A stretch of 64,000 nucleotides of DNA from positions 32,001 through 96,000 of IMG/VR virus record IMGVR_UViG_3300036985_002246. One strand, 5' to 3'. Position numbers and translations under genes: made by a program. Shown here in pieces: positions 52,844 through 62,481 of this stretch (positions are counted from its first letter, which is position 1; every line of letters starts with the position of its first letter). Below the pieces are notes generated by a model. That model was not told the DNA's origin, did not search any database, and was given only the letters and a program-made list of their open reading frames with translations. This DNA is from a virus.

Positions 52844-54475
52844 ATGGCAAACAAGAGTCTGTTCGCGTCCGCTTCGGCGGGTCGGTCCGCACCGGCAGCC
52901 GACACTGTCAACTCCGCAGGGGGCCTCGCCTACAAGGCTGGCTCGAAGGAGGCGCTCGCCCAGTACGTCGCGACTGGCTGCCTCGGCGCGACCTTCTACG
53001 CCTCGGCGGAGGAGCAGTTGGACGAGATCCTGAAGCTCGCTTCAGGGGTCGATCCCGAGTTCGTCGCGAAGGCGGCGGTCTACGGGCGTCGGTCGGCCTT
53101 CATGAAGGACGCCCCGGCGCTCCTGCTCGCTCACCTGACCATGCGTGGTCCGGAGGGTCTGGCTGCGCTCAAGGCGGCCTTCCCGCGAGTGATCGACAAC
53201 CCGAAGATGCTCCGGACCTTCGTCCAGATCATGCGCTCGGGGCGTGTCGGTCGGAAGTCCCTCGGCACCGCCCCGAAGAAGCTGATCGAGGCGTGGTTCG
53301 AGGCTCGCACCGACGTGCAGCTTTTCCGGGCAACCGGAGACAAGCCGTCGCTGGCCGACGTAGTAAAGATGGTCCACCCAAAGCCCTCGAACGAGGCTCG
53401 GAAGGCCCTCTACGCCCTGCTGATCGGCAGGAAGTACGACCTCGACGCCTGCGACGCTCTCGTGCAGGAGTTCGCGGCATGGAAGAAGGACCCGTCGCGT
53501 CCGGTCCCGGACGTGCCGTTCCTCATGCTCACGAGCGCGGAACTCTCGAAGTCCCAGTGGGCGTCGATCGCCCGGTCGGCCAACTGGCAGACGGCTCGCA
53601 TGAACCTCAACACGTTCCTGCGGCACGGGGTCTTCGAGGACAAGAGCATGGTCAAGCTGATCGCAGCGAAGCTCCGTGACGAGTCCGAGATCGCTCGGGC
53701 GCGGGTCTTCCCGTACCAGCTTCTGATCGCGTACCGGCACACGTCGGGTGTCCCGGTCGAGATCTCCAATGCGTTGCAGGACGCCATGGAGATCGCGACC
53801 AAGAACGTCCCGGCGATCGAGGGTGACGTGGCTGTGTTCCCGGACGTGTCCGGGTCCATGGCGAGCCCGGTCACGGGTCAGCGCGGCTCGGCAACCACCC
53901 AGGTGGCTTGCCGTGACGTGGCAGCCCTGGTCGCGGCAACGATCCTTCGGCGCAACCCGTCGGCTCGGGTCATTCCCTTCAAGGAGGAAGTGGTCAAGCT
54001 GCGGCTCAACCCGAAGGACTCGATCGTCACGATCGCGGACCAGATTGCGAAGATTGGACCCGGCGGCACCAACTGCTCGGCCCCGCTCCGCTCCCTGAAC
54101 CACGAGAAGGCGAAGGCCGACCTGATCGTCTACGTCTCGGACAACGAGTCGTGGATGGACCCCAACGTCCGGCACAACCCGTACACCTCCGGCCACACGT
54201 CGTCCCCGACGGCCACAATGACCGAGTGGGAGGCGTTCCGCACCAGGAGCCCGAAGGCGAAAATGGTCTGTATCGATCTCGCCCCGAACGGCTCACGTCA
54301 GGCCCCGACCCGCGAGGACATTCTCAACGTCGGAGGCTTCTCCGACGAGGTCTTCACCCTCATGAACGAGTTCCACAAGGGATCCGGTCGTGACCACTGG
54401 GTGAGGAAGATCGAGTCAGCTTCGTTCGACCGTGCTCCGGTACCGGTCGTGGTCGAGGCGGCTCAGGCTCTGTAA
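52844..54475 (+). CDS. rsr: TROVE domain Ro60-like RNA-binding protein (Rsr)
   Basis: NSAGGLAY, LAQYVATG...TFYA, MKDAP, ALLMNL-like ARMNL, RVFPYQ, VWA MIDAS DVSGSM, GGTNC, SDNESW, VGGFSD. Confidence 0.95.
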   Translation: MANKSLFASASAGRSAPAADTVNSAGGLAYKAGSKEALAQYVATGCLGATFYASAEEQLDEILKLASGVDPEFVAKAAVYGRRSAFMKDAPALLLAHLTMRGPEGLAALKAAFPRVIDNPKMLRTFVQIMRSGRVGRKSLGTAPKKLIEAWFEARTDVQLFRATGDKPSLADVVKMVHPKPSNEARKALYALLIGRKYDLDACDALVQEFAAWKKDPSRPVPDVPFLMLTSAELSKSQWASIARSANWQTARMNLNTFLRHGVFEDKSMVKLIAAKLRDESEIARARVFPYQLLIAYRHTSGVPVEISNALQDAMEIATKNVPAIEGDVAVFPDVSGSMASPVTGQRGSATTQVACRDVAALVAATILRRNPSARVIPFKEEVVKLRLNPKDSIVTIADQIAKIGPGGTNCSAPLRSLNHEKAKADLIVYVSDNESWMDPNVRHNPYTSGHTSSPTATMTEWEAFRTRSPKAKMVCIDLAPNGSRQAPTREDILNVGGFSDEVFTLMNEFHKGSGRDHWVRKIESASFDRAPVPVVVEAAQAL

Positions 54476-54480
54476 CCGGA

Positions 54481-54500
54481 CGGGGTGGGCAACCACCCCG
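54481..54500 (+). terminator. hairpin after rsr
   Basis: cggggtgg-gcaa-ccaccccg. Confidence 0.55.
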
Positions 54501-54510
54501 GACCGTCTCT

Positions 54511-54582
54511 GCCGGTGATGCTCAATGGCCGAGCACCTGTTTCGTAAGCAGGACCCTGCGGGTTCGATTCCCGCCACCGGCT
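54511..54582 (+). tRNA. tRNA-Thr(CGT)
   Basis: Loop TTCGTAA. Confidence 0.88.
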
Positions 54583-54623
54583 CTCAGATTTCTGCTCTAC
54601 TGCAACCTGTTCCGGAACCGTCT

Positions 54624-54695
54624 GCCTCCATAGCTCAGTGGTAGAGCACCTGCCTTGTAAGCAGGGGGTCGTGGGTTCAATTCCCATCGGAGGCT
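54624..54695 (+). tRNA. tRNA-Thr(TGT)
   Basis: Loop CTTGTAA. Confidence 0.92.
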
Positions 54696-54702
54696 CTGAT
54701 TT

Positions 54703-54774
54703 GGCCCGTTCGTCTATCGGTCAGGATGCTGGACCTTCACTCCGGCGAGGCGGGTTCAACTCCCGCACGGGTCA
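54703..54774 (+). tRNA. tRNA-Glu(TTC)
   Basis: Loop CCTTCAC. Confidence 0.88.
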
Positions 54775-54778
54775 CTAC

Positions 54779-54849
54779 TCGGGGATCGTCCAAAGGCAGG
54801 ACAGCGGCCTTTGAAGCCGTGAATCCGGGTTCGAGTCCCGGTCCCCGAA
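54779..54849 (+). tRNA. tRNA-Gln(TTG)
   Basis: Loop CTTTGAA. Confidence 0.9.
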
Positions 54850-54900
54850 CTACGTTTTCTCCGGGCACCGGGCAGGGGTCGTCGGCGTAAGGTTCCGACC

Positions 54901-55530
54901 ATGGGCTCTGTCGTTATCTTCCACGGTCCTGGTGCTGAGGGCGCAGCACACGACGCAGCCCGCAATCATGGGCTCGTCGTGCCCTTCAGGAACTCCGGGG
55001 AGGCCCTGAAGAAGGACGACGCCCGAGACCTGGTGGAACTGCTCAGCCAGACGCCTGTGGGCTCGAAGGCTTGGGCGGTGGCGGTAGGCCCGCTCGACGA
55101 GATCTCCGCAGCCGTCTCTGACGTGCTCCTCAAGACGCTGGAGGAGTTCAATCCGAGCGGGACCCGCCCCTTCCTGTGGGCTCGCGACCTGGGGGGTGTC
55201 TCCTCCACGATCAAGTCCCGGTGCCTGAACGAGTTCGTGCCGGGGGTGGACGAGCGGATCGAGTCGAGCCGCTACCAGGCTGAGAAGCTCCTCTCCGCGT
55301 ACATTCAGAAGAACTGGACCGACCTCGTCACCGAGTTGAAGGAGTCCAAGGGCGACGAGGAGTTCGTCCTCCTCGCTGTCGTGGAGGTGCTCCAATCTCG
55401 TCTCGGGGAGGACGCGATCCGAGACGACCTCCTCGACCTGTGGGCTTCCCTTCGGAGCCTCTTCCAGGTGCGCGACGCACCCCTCACTCCGGCGCGTGTC
55501 CTCGCCGCGTTCCTCAGGCGGGCAGCATGA
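54901..55530 (+). CDS. holB: DNA polymerase III delta'-like clamp-loader subunit (short)
   Basis: DDARDL...PLDEISAAVSDVLLKTLEE...TIKSRC. Confidence 0.7.
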   Translation: MGSVVIFHGPGAEGAAHDAARNHGLVVPFRNSGEALKKDDARDLVELLSQTPVGSKAWAVAVGPLDEISAAVSDVLLKTLEEFNPSGTRPFLWARDLGGVSSTIKSRCLNEFVPGVDERIESSRYQAEKLLSAYIQKNWTDLVTELKESKGDEEFVLLAVVEVLQSRLGEDAIRDDLLDLWASLRSLFQVRDAPLTPARVLAAFLRRAA

Positions 55531-56489
55531 GCACTGAGAAGAAGGGCAACCCTCCCGTGCTCGTCGTCGGCGGCTCCGACGTGTACCAGCGCCGCAGGCT
55601 GATCAGCAAGATCACGGAGACTCGTCGAGGCCAGGGTTGGAACGTCCTCCCAATCGACGGGAAGGAGCCCGACGCACTCGACTCCGTGTTCGCAATGTCT
55701 GCAATGTTCGAGGCACCAACACTGTGTGTTGTGGTCAATCCAGAGAAGCTATCTCCGGCTGTCGTGATTGACCACCTCCAATCCCCCGACCCCAAGGTCG
55801 TACTGCTGCTGGTCACCGAGAGTGACAAGCCCTCTGGACCGTTCTTTGATCTGGCTCAGAAGAAGGTGTTCACACTCCCACCCTTCTACAAGCTCGAAGA
55901 GCACGCAGCCGCGTTCGTTCAATCGGAGGTCACTGCTCTTGGTGGCTCGTTTGATCCACCCTCACTGGCAACCTCGCTGGTCCGGCGGGTTGGCACTGAC
56001 CTCGGTGTGCTCTCGTTCGAGGCGCAGAAGGCAGTGCTGTTCGCCGGTACAGGTACACCAATCACGGCTACCCACCTGAGGGAGACGCTCGCCCCGCTTG
56101 CTGAGACTGACGGCTCCTCAATCATTGAGGCGCTCGGGACGAAGAACCAGAAGAAGCTCGCGGCGGAGTTGCAGCGGTACCAATCCACGCGGGGGGGCGA
56201 CCCAACGATTGAACTGTGTGGTCGTATCCTCACCCCTGCGCTGACTCGGTGGTTGCAGGCCGCGCACTTGGCTGAGGCGGGTATGTCTGCCTCGGGTGCT
56301 GCTGGAAGTGTGGGGGCAAATCCCTGGTACTGGGAGCACAAGATCCTTCCGCACGCTCTGCGCTGGAAGGTGTCTGGCTGTGCTCGTCTGATCGGTATCG
56401 TGGCGGACGCGCAGACCTTGGTCTTCCGTGGGGGGCTTGCGCCATTCACCTATCTCGAAGCCTCTTTCCTAGCGTTTCTCCGAGACTGA
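55527..56489 (+). CDS. holA: DNA polymerase III delta-like clamp-loader subunit
   Basis: LVVGGSDVYQRRR, LVRRVGTDLG.L..E.QK..LF pattern; ATGA-coupled to holB-like gene. Confidence 0.65.
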   Translation: MSTEKKGNPPVLVVGGSDVYQRRRLISKITETRRGQGWNVLPIDGKEPDALDSVFAMSAMFEAPTLCVVVNPEKLSPAVVIDHLQSPDPKVVLLLVTESDKPSGPFFDLAQKKVFTLPPFYKLEEHAAAFVQSEVTALGGSFDPPSLATSLVRRVGTDLGVLSFEAQKAVLFAGTGTPITATHLRETLAPLAETDGSSIIEALGTKNQKKLAAELQRYQSTRGGDPTIELCGRILTPALTRWLQAAHLAEAGMSASGAAGSVGANPWYWEHKILPHALRWKVSGCARLIGIVADAQTLVFRGGLAPFTYLEASFLAFLRD

Positions 56490-56662
56490 CACGGCCCTTT
56501 TTTCTCCTTCGATAGGCAGCACTTCTTACGAGCGGGGCGTGCTGTTCGGGCACCCCTTCCCGAGTCCCAGACCGGTGTCCGATCCCTCAACGGCTGGGGG
56601 CTCGACGGCTGAGATTGTCCGCAACAAACAGCCGGAACCAATTCCGTGTGCTGGGGGTACCC

Positions 56663-58594
56663 ATGAGCGACGAGGGTTTTTCTTTCCCGAATTTGCTGAG
56701 CGAGTTCGTTTGCACTCGAACCTACACTCGGTGGCTCGACGCGGAGAAGCGCCGTGAAAGCTGGCCGGAGACTGTCACTCGCTACACGGACTTCATCTTC
56801 GCGGGGAAGAACGTACCCTCTGGTCTGCGTGAGCGTGCCCGCACCGCGATCCTGAACTTCGAGGTGCTCCCCTCCATGCGTGCGCTGTGGTGCGCTGGGG
56901 ACGCCATGACCCGCGACAACACCTGTGGGTACAACTGCTCGTTCCTGCCGATCGACAACCTCAAGGCGTTCAGTGAGGCGCTCTACATTCTCATGCAGGG
57001 CACCGGGGTCGGCTTCTCGGTCGAGTCCACCTTCGTGGACAACCTCCCCGTCGTGGCAGAGTCCACGGGCGACGAGGTGGACTACCTGATCGCCGACTCG
57101 ACTGAGGGCTGGGCGGACGCCGTCTACTTCGGCGTGACCGCGTTTCACCGTGGTCAGGGCGTCAAGTTCCACTACGACAAGATCCGCCCGAAGGGCTCAC
57201 GCCTCAAGACCAAGGGTGGTCGGGCCTCGGGTCCGGAGCCGCTGAAGCGCGTGCTCGACTTCGCCCAGGAGACGATCTCGAAGGCAGCGGGTCGCCGCCT
57301 CAAGCCGATCGAGGCGCACGACATCATGTGCATGATCGCCGAGATCGTCATGGTCGGCGGCTTCCGTCGGGCGAGCCTGATCTCGTTCTCGGACCCGGAC
57401 GACACGGAAATGCGCCACGCGAAGGACTGGAGCAAGGGCGAGTTCCCCTCGATCCGGTACATGGCGAACATTTCCGCCTACTACAGCGAGAAGCCCACCC
57501 AGGAGGTGTTCTGGCGTGAGTGGGACGCTCTGGTCAAGTCCGAAGCCGGGGAACGTGGCTTCTCGATCGGCAACTGGCACAACCGGTCCGACCGCCCTGC
57601 GGGTGAGATCCGCAGCAACCCCTGCCACGAGATTGGGCTCCGCTTCAAGCGTGCCCTCGACCCGTGGACCGGTGAGGGCGGCGGAGGCCAGTTCTGCAAC
57701 CTTGCAGCCGCGATCATGCGTCCGCACGACACGCTGGAGACAATGGCCGAGAAGGTCAAGCTCGCGACCTGGATCGGGGCAGTCCAGTCCAGCTACACCC
57801 ACTTCCCGTACCTCCGCCCGGCGTGGGCAGAACTCTGCGAGGAGGACCGTCTGCTCGGCGTGGACATTACCGGGCAGTGCGACCACCCGGCGCTCTCGGG
57901 CGACGAGGACGCCATGAGCTTCCTGAACGCGACGGCTCGGGCAACCGCAATCATTGCGGCGGACTCCCTCGGTATCCGCCGTCCGGCTGCGGTCACCTGT
58001 GGCAAGCCCAGCGGCAACTCCTCGCAGCTTGTGGACTGCTCCAGCGGGTTCCATGCGCGCCACGCGAAGTTCTACTTCCGGCACGTTCGGATCTCGGGGA
58101 AGGACCCCCTCTTCCACCTCGTCCGGGACGCGGGCGTCCCCGTGTTCAAGGAGAACGGGCAGGAGGAGTTGCCCGACCATGCCGTGGACGTGTGGGTGGC
58201 GAGGTTCCCGGTGAAGGCACCGGAGACGGCCATGACCCGGCACGACGAGAAGACGCTCGACCAACTCGAACGCTACCTGAAGATCATGCGCTCCTGGTGC
58301 GGGGAGAAGGGCCACAACCAGTCGGCCACGATCTACGTCCGCGAGGGCGAGTGGACCCAGGTGGGTGAGTGGCTCTGGGAGCACTTCGACGAGGTCACCG
58401 GCCTGAGCTTCCTGCCCTACCACGGCGGGAACTACCGGCTCTCCCCCTACGTCGAACTCACGGAGGAGGGGTACGAGGAGGCTGCTCGTGCCATGCCGAC
58501 CGTGAACTTCGAGGAACTCTCGTTCTACGAGACGCGGGACGAGGGTCACGGCAGTTCTGAACCCGCTTGCGCGGGCGGCCTGTGCGACCTGTGA
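56663..58594 (+). CDS. nrdJ: class II (adenosylcobalamin-dependent) ribonucleotide reductase
   Basis: PSMRALW, YNCSF, GTGVGFS, GGFRRA, SNPCHEI, FCNL, TCGKPSGNSSQL, C-terminal CAGGLCDL. Confidence 0.93.
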   Translation: MSDEGFSFPNLLSEFVCTRTYTRWLDAEKRRESWPETVTRYTDFIFAGKNVPSGLRERARTAILNFEVLPSMRALWCAGDAMTRDNTCGYNCSFLPIDNLKAFSEALYILMQGTGVGFSVESTFVDNLPVVAESTGDEVDYLIADSTEGWADAVYFGVTAFHRGQGVKFHYDKIRPKGSRLKTKGGRASGPEPLKRVLDFAQETISKAAGRRLKPIEAHDIMCMIAEIVMVGGFRRASLISFSDPDDTEMRHAKDWSKGEFPSIRYMANISAYYSEKPTQEVFWREWDALVKSEAGERGFSIGNWHNRSDRPAGEIRSNPCHEIGLRFKRALDPWTGEGGGGQFCNLAAAIMRPHDTLETMAEKVKLATWIGAVQSSYTHFPYLRPAWAELCEEDRLLGVDITGQCDHPALSGDEDAMSFLNATARATAIIAADSLGIRRPAAVTCGKPSGNSSQLVDCSSGFHARHAKFYFRHVRISGKDPLFHLVRDAGVPVFKENGQEELPDHAVDVWVARFPVKAPETAMTRHDEKTLDQLERYLKIMRSWCGEKGHNQSATIYVREGEWTQVGEWLWEHFDEVTGLSFLPYHGGNYRLSPYVELTEEGYEEAARAMPTVNFEELSFYETRDEGHGSSEPACAGGLCDL

Positions 58595-58620
58595 CCTCCT
58601 GATCGCTCGTGGATCCAGGC

Positions 58621-58657
58621 AGAAGGGCCAGGCGTGAAGCCTGGCCCTTCTGTTTTC
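58621..58657 (+). terminator. intrinsic terminator after RNR
   Basis: agaagggccagg-N7-cctggcccttct then T-rich tail. Confidence 0.75.
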
Positions 58658-58757
58658 TGCGGGGGTTGCAACCGTCCGGTCGTGTTTCTAGGGCGTAAGG
58701 TAGGGGTCTACCTGCAACTTCGAGGTGCTGCCAGTCTGGCAGCACCTAGAAATCCCA

Positions 58758-61082
58758 ATGAATTACTACTCAGGCCGTGTTCACAGCGTCGTCTTCGAGA
58801 ACGAATCCAAGGCGTTCTACATTGTCCGCATGATCCTCGACGAGGCGTCGGACAGCATTCCCGACGGGGGTGCCGACAAGGTGAATGGCTCGGTCACCGT
58901 TCGGGGGGACATTCCTGGACTTCAGGTTGGGGTTGGCACCTGGTTCGGCTTCGAGGGGGTCTGGGACAACCACCCCCAGTTCGGTCGGCAGCTTCGGATC
59001 ATTCGCGCCCCGGTCATGAAGAAGGATTGGGACTCGGACACGTCCGAGAAGATCCTCTTGTCTCAGGGGATTGGTCCCACCGTCGCGGCCAAGCTCCGGG
59101 CTCACTTCGGGGAGGGCATGGCTGAAGCCCTCATGGACCCGGAGAAGGTCAGCGCCGTCCCAGGCATGACGAAGTTCACGGCGCTCCACGTCACGAACCG
59201 GTGGCAGGCAGCGCGTGCTCACTTCCTGGCCCTGGAGTTTCTGAACGACCTGGGGTTGCCACAGGGGAGGATCCGGCAGATCTGGGCAACCTTCGGCGAC
59301 TCCGCCCAGGAGAAGCTATCCTCCAACCCCTGGGCACTCGTTCAGATTGAGGGCGTCACGTTCCACGACGCAGACACGGTGGCCATGAGGCTCCACCTCG
59401 ACACCTCACCCACGAACAAGCTCCGTATCGCTGGAGCAGTGCTTCACGCCTGTCGGTCAGGTCGGGGCTTCGGCCACCTGTACTCGTCGAGCGGGGATAT
59501 GCTCGGGACCGTTCGGGCGATCGACTCAGGCTTCGCCGACAAGGACGTGGCGGAGGCCGTGAAGGCGCTGGCCGAGACAGACCTCCTGATCATTGACCGC
59601 TCCACTCAGCCAGGTGTGGTCGCAATCTACGACCCCTGGTCGTTCAGGATCGAGTCCGAGTCTGCGGAGATCTTGCTGGAGCGAGCTACCAACGCCCGGC
59701 TCTCGTCAGCAGCAGAGGCAACCTATGTGCGTGCCCTCATTGGTGAGGGTGAGGTTGCCTTGTCTCTCCTGGACGCGGTGAACCTCGCCCTCGACCGGCT
59801 GAGCGCGTCCGGGTCCACCACGCTCTCGGCGGCTCAGGCTCAGGGCGTCCGCAACGCTCTGTGTGAACCCGTCTCGATCATTTCGGGCCTCCCAGGCACG
59901 GGCAAGACCACCAGCTTGCGGGTGGCTGTGACGCTCATGCAGGAGGCGAGCATTCCGTTCTTGCTGGTCGCCCCCACGGGCATTGCGGCCAAGCGAGTGT
60001 CGTCCGTGACTGGGGCGACCGCTTCCACGATCCACCGGGCGTTCAAGGCCAAGGGCAGTTCGGACAACTCTCGGGAGACTACCTACGCCGGGATCGTGGG
60101 CGAGGGTGATGGTCTCTCGGGTCTGGACGGCTCGTCTGAGGCGTGGGGCTACTCGGAGGCAGAGCCACACCCGGCGGACGTGGTGATCGTGGACGAGTCC
60201 TCAATGGTGGACCAACACCTCCTCTACCGGATCCTGACCTGCACGAAGAAGGAAGCCCGCCTCGTGTTCGTCGGCGACGCTGCTCAGCTTCCCTCAGTGG
60301 GTCCAGGGAACGTGCTTCGGGACATGATCGCGTCGAAGCTCTTCCCGACCGTCTCCATGACCGAGATCTTCCGGCAGGCAGACACCTCCTCGATCGTGCG
60401 GGCGGCTCACGCGATCCACCGGGGAGACGTGCCCGACGCTCCTGCTGGGGGTGACTTCTCTCTCGTCGAGTGCTCCGACGACGACAAGGTCGCCGACATT
60501 ATCGTCTCGGCGGCGGAGAAGCTCTACCTGGCCCGGCGGAACTTCCAGGTGCTCTCGCCCAGGCACGGTGGCCCGGTGGGTGTCACGACCCTCAACTCCA
60601 GGTTGAGGGAACTGCTCAACCCGAAGCAGGCGAGCCTGCACGAAATGCGGATTGGGTCGGACGTTCTCCGAGAGGAGGACCGGATCATGGTGATCCGCAA
60701 CGACTACAAGCTGGGCATTTACAACGGCGACGTGGGCAAGATCTGCACAATCGACAAGAAAAACAAGGAGGTCAAGATCAAGATCCATGGCCCGCCGGTC
60801 ATGGAACTCATGGTCCCCTTCGCGAAGGCACCCGCACTTCTGCGGCTGGCCTACGCCGTCACGGTCCACAAGAGCCAGGGCCAAGAGTACGACGTGATCG
60901 TCATGCCCGTCGTCTCGTTCTCCCACCAACTCCAGCGCAATCTCCTCTACACGGCGGTCACTCGCGCCCGCAAGAAGGTCGTCCTGGTGGGGACCAAGTC
61001 CGCCCTGATTCGAGCCGTCGCCAATGAGCGCGAGTCTGCGCGAAACACGCTCCTCCGGCAAAGATTGCTGTCGGAGTCATAG
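58758..61082 (+). CDS. recD2: RecD2-like SF1B helicase
   Basis: HPQFGRQL, NPWAL, GLPGTGKTT, VDESSMVD, VGDAAQLPSVGPG, EIFRQ, LAYAVTVHKSQGQEY, YTAVTRAR. Confidence 0.93.
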   Translation: MNYYSGRVHSVVFENESKAFYIVRMILDEASDSIPDGGADKVNGSVTVRGDIPGLQVGVGTWFGFEGVWDNHPQFGRQLRIIRAPVMKKDWDSDTSEKILLSQGIGPTVAAKLRAHFGEGMAEALMDPEKVSAVPGMTKFTALHVTNRWQAARAHFLALEFLNDLGLPQGRIRQIWATFGDSAQEKLSSNPWALVQIEGVTFHDADTVAMRLHLDTSPTNKLRIAGAVLHACRSGRGFGHLYSSSGDMLGTVRAIDSGFADKDVAEAVKALAETDLLIIDRSTQPGVVAIYDPWSFRIESESAEILLERATNARLSSAAEATYVRALIGEGEVALSLLDAVNLALDRLSASGSTTLSAAQAQGVRNALCEPVSIISGLPGTGKTTSLRVAVTLMQEASIPFLLVAPTGIAAKRVSSVTGATASTIHRAFKAKGSSDNSRETTYAGIVGEGDGLSGLDGSSEAWGYSEAEPHPADVVIVDESSMVDQHLLYRILTCTKKEARLVFVGDAAQLPSVGPGNVLRDMIASKLFPTVSMTEIFRQADTSSIVRAAHAIHRGDVPDAPAGGDFSLVECSDDDKVADIIVSAAEKLYLARRNFQVLSPRHGGPVGVTTLNSRLRELLNPKQASLHEMRIGSDVLREEDRIMVIRNDYKLGIYNGDVGKICTIDKKNKEVKIKIHGPPVMELMVPFAKAPALLRLAYAVTVHKSQGQEYDVIVMPVVSFSHQLQRNLLYTAVTRARKKVVLVGTKSALIRAVANERESARNTLLRQRLLSES

Positions 61083-61138
61083 GGGTCTACCTCGCCTCGC
61101 GAGGCGTAAAGCTCAGACCGCCCGGAGGGCTGGACACT

Positions 61139-61546
61139 ATGAGCAACGACGAGATCCGTGAAATGGTGAAGCGAGTGAAGGCAGGGCTTCGGATCACGAA
61201 GGTGGTCGCGACCCGTTCGGTCAAGGGGTCGAGGGGCGACACCTACGTCGGCTTCTCTGCTGCCTGGAACACCGTTCAGGAAGACGGTGGCCAGGACCTC
61301 GTCCACACGGGTGAGGACAGTGACCAAGCGGAGAGCCTCGGCTCAATGACCGTGCAGGAGGCGATCGTCGCTTCCTGCCTTCTGGCTCGCGAGGCGGACC
61401 TCGCGGCTCACCGGAATGCCATGGCCGGTGGTAACATTTCCCAGCAGCACTGCGCTGACGCCATTCAGGCGATCAAGGGCAACTACGCCAAGCTGCTCGT
61501 ACAGGCGCTCAGCGAGACGAACGGCGGAGACAAGGCGAAGGAATGA
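61139..61546 (+). CDS. hypothetical protein
   Basis: 135-aa ORF coupled to the next gene. Confidence 0.65.
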   Translation: MSNDEIREMVKRVKAGLRITKVVATRSVKGSRGDTYVGFSAAWNTVQEDGGQDLVHTGEDSDQAESLGSMTVQEAIVASCLLAREADLAAHRNAMAGGNISQQHCADAIQAIKGNYAKLLVQALSETNGGDKAKE

Positions 61547-62400
61547 GCAACGCTCCCTCTGTAGACCCGGCCCGGATTGAGAGCTTCTATCAGGAACTCG
61601 CCGGTATGCAGGTGGAACTCGACGCCGACCCGCTCGCGCTTGGTCCGAAGCGGATCAACGCGAAGACGGCGGCGTGTCGAGCGTTGCTCTCTCGCACCGA
61701 GCGCATTTTCCTGGAGATCTCGCAGGACCTCTACTGGTACAAGCGGGAGCACCGCATGGCGTTGGCGGACTTCGAGTTGGCCGTGCAGGAACTCATGTCC
61801 AACGACCCTGAGGTCCGCGCAGGCCGGAATATCACCGACCGTGAGGCTATCGCCCACACCAAGCTCCGTGCTGACCGGGAGCGGATCAGCGTCCTCCAGT
61901 TCGCCTGCGAGGACCTGGACGCCGTGCTGTCGGTCGTGAAGGTGAAGCGCAACGACCTCAAGGACATTGCCTCCCGCCTCCGCGACCAACTCAAGATCTG
62001 CCAGGAGGAGATCGGGCTCGGGGCTCGCTGGGGCCTGAAGAAGCGGCTCCCCAGGGCTGAGGAGGCGGCTCAATCTTCCAGGTCCACCGACGGGGTGGTC
62101 GCGCTCATGGACGAGATCCTCGCCAAGTCCGACGACGAGGACGAAGAGGCGTCCGACGAGGACGACGAGGACGTGCTCCCGGCAGAGATTGAGGGGAGCC
62201 AGGTTCCCCCCACCTCCGTCATGGACACAATCTTCGACGGGATTGGGACACCTGGGCCGCTGCCTGAGGGTCAGCCTACGTCCGAGACAGACGCTGAGAT
62301 TGACGCCCACCTCGAAGGGCTCAATGTCCCCACTCAGCCCTCTATTGAGGCCGATCCAGGAATCGACATGAGCCTCGACGAAATACTAGACTCGTTCTAG
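61543..62400 (+). CDS. helical protein with acidic tail, possibly UvsY-like recombination mediator
   Basis: Long amphipathic helices, ..DREA...., context between helicase and SSB. Confidence 0.4.
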   Translation: MSNAPSVDPARIESFYQELAGMQVELDADPLALGPKRINAKTAACRALLSRTERIFLEISQDLYWYKREHRMALADFELAVQELMSNDPEVRAGRNITDREAIAHTKLRADRERISVLQFACEDLDAVLSVVKVKRNDLKDIASRLRDQLKICQEEIGLGARWGLKKRLPRAEEAAQSSRSTDGVVALMDEILAKSDDEDEEASDEDDEDVLPAEIEGSQVPPTSVMDTIFDGIGTPGPLPEGQPTSETDAEIDAHLEGLNVPTQPSIEADPGIDMSLDEILDSF

Positions 62401-62481
62401 CCCGGTTGGGCGTAAGTCACTTGCAGGGGTCACGTCTCTCATCAACGGAACGACCCGCCCCTGCAACACAGGAGATCGATC

